From the human T2T-CHM13v2.0 reference genome, Homo sapiens: a DNA stretch of 64,000 nucleotides. A program made the position numbers and the translations under genes. Where the stretch lies: assembly GCF_009914755.1 (NCBI RefSeq), contig NC_060947.1. One strand, given 5' to 3'. Positions 63,750-64,000 of the stretch are shown piece by piece. Below the pieces are notes generated by a model. That model was not told the DNA's origin, made no database searches, and saw nothing but the letters and a program-made list of their open reading frames with translations. The stretch's first letter is position 1. Each line of letters starts with the position of its first letter.

Positions 63750-64000
63750 AGAATGCTTCTATGTCGTTTTTAGGAGAAGATATTTCCTTTTCCAACACAG
63801 TCCTCCAAGCCCGCTAAATAGCCACTTGCACATTGTAGAAAAAGTGTGTCAAAGCTGCGCTATCAAAGGGAAAGTTCAACTCTGTGAGGTGAATGCAAAC
63901 ATCCCAAAGAAGTTTCTGAGAATGCTTCCGTTTAGCTTTTAGGTGAAGATTATCCCGTTTCCAACGAAACCTTCAAAGAGGTCCAAATATCCCCTTGCGG
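63750..64000 (-). repeat. Partial HOR copy H32 truncated by the window end
   Basis: It matches bases 1-251 of H1 and ends within the BamHI site. Confidence 0.95.

Larger units (their letters stand above)
1..64000 (-). repeat. DXZ1: Alpha satellite higher-order repeat array, 12-mer ~2057 bp, most likely human chrX centromeric DXZ1 (SF3); 31 full copies plus a partial copy
   Basis: Monomers of ~171 bp carry typical alphoid motifs (tttctgagaatgctt, ccacttgcagattct, gttcaactctgtgagttgaat). The same ORFs recur every 2054-2057 bp. There is one GGATCC per unit (250-255 in H1), fitting the known 2.0-kb BamHI repeat of DXZ1. HOR starts: 1, 2057, 4114, 6170, 8227, 10284, 12341, 14395, 16451, 18508, 20564, 22621, 24678, 26735, 28790, 30847, 32904, 34960, 37017, 39073, 41130, 43186, 45243, 47300, 49356, 51412, 53468, 55525, 57581, 59637, 61693, 63750. 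Strand is given as the one reading the CENP-B box canonically. The DXZ1 assignment comes from recalled unit size and structure, not a database search. Confidence 0.96.

Noticed and set aside
1-64000. CRISPR-like or other repeat-spacer system
   Set aside because: The sequence between conserved motifs consists of homologous monomer sequence that recurs in every HOR, not unique spacers. No cas-like ORFs are present.
1-64000. LINE/Alu insertion, inversion or monomer-number HOR variant
   Set aside because: Every unit is 2054-2057 bp in the same orientation according to ORF spacing, which leaves no room for insertions or monomer deletions. I saw no poly-A tail or target-site duplication.

Overview
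The whole 64-kb window is one uninterrupted head-to-tail array of primate alpha satellite DNA. Its unit is a ~2057-bp higher-order repeat (HOR) of 12 monomers of ~171 bp, with one BamHI site per unit, an internal pentameric structure and CENP-B boxes on the minus strand. These features match the human X-chromosome centromeric array DXZ1 (suprachromosomal family 3). I count 31 complete HOR copies (H1-H31, arbitrary phase starting at base 1) and a partial 32nd. I saw no genes, transposon insertions, inversions or monomer-number variants, and the ORF track consists of spurious repeats of the satellite. I found no new protein-coding or RNA system. The remaining signal is fine-scale: a 15-bp inverted-repeat expansion in one monomer that allows two alternative hairpins, a ~2.3-kb diverged island at ~24.9-27.2 kb, multi-HOR duplications traced by shared variants (1, 2, 4 and 7 HOR offsets), a local expansion of one HOR haplotype, and recurrent CENP-B box knockouts. 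All variant calls were made by eye and need alignment to confirm.
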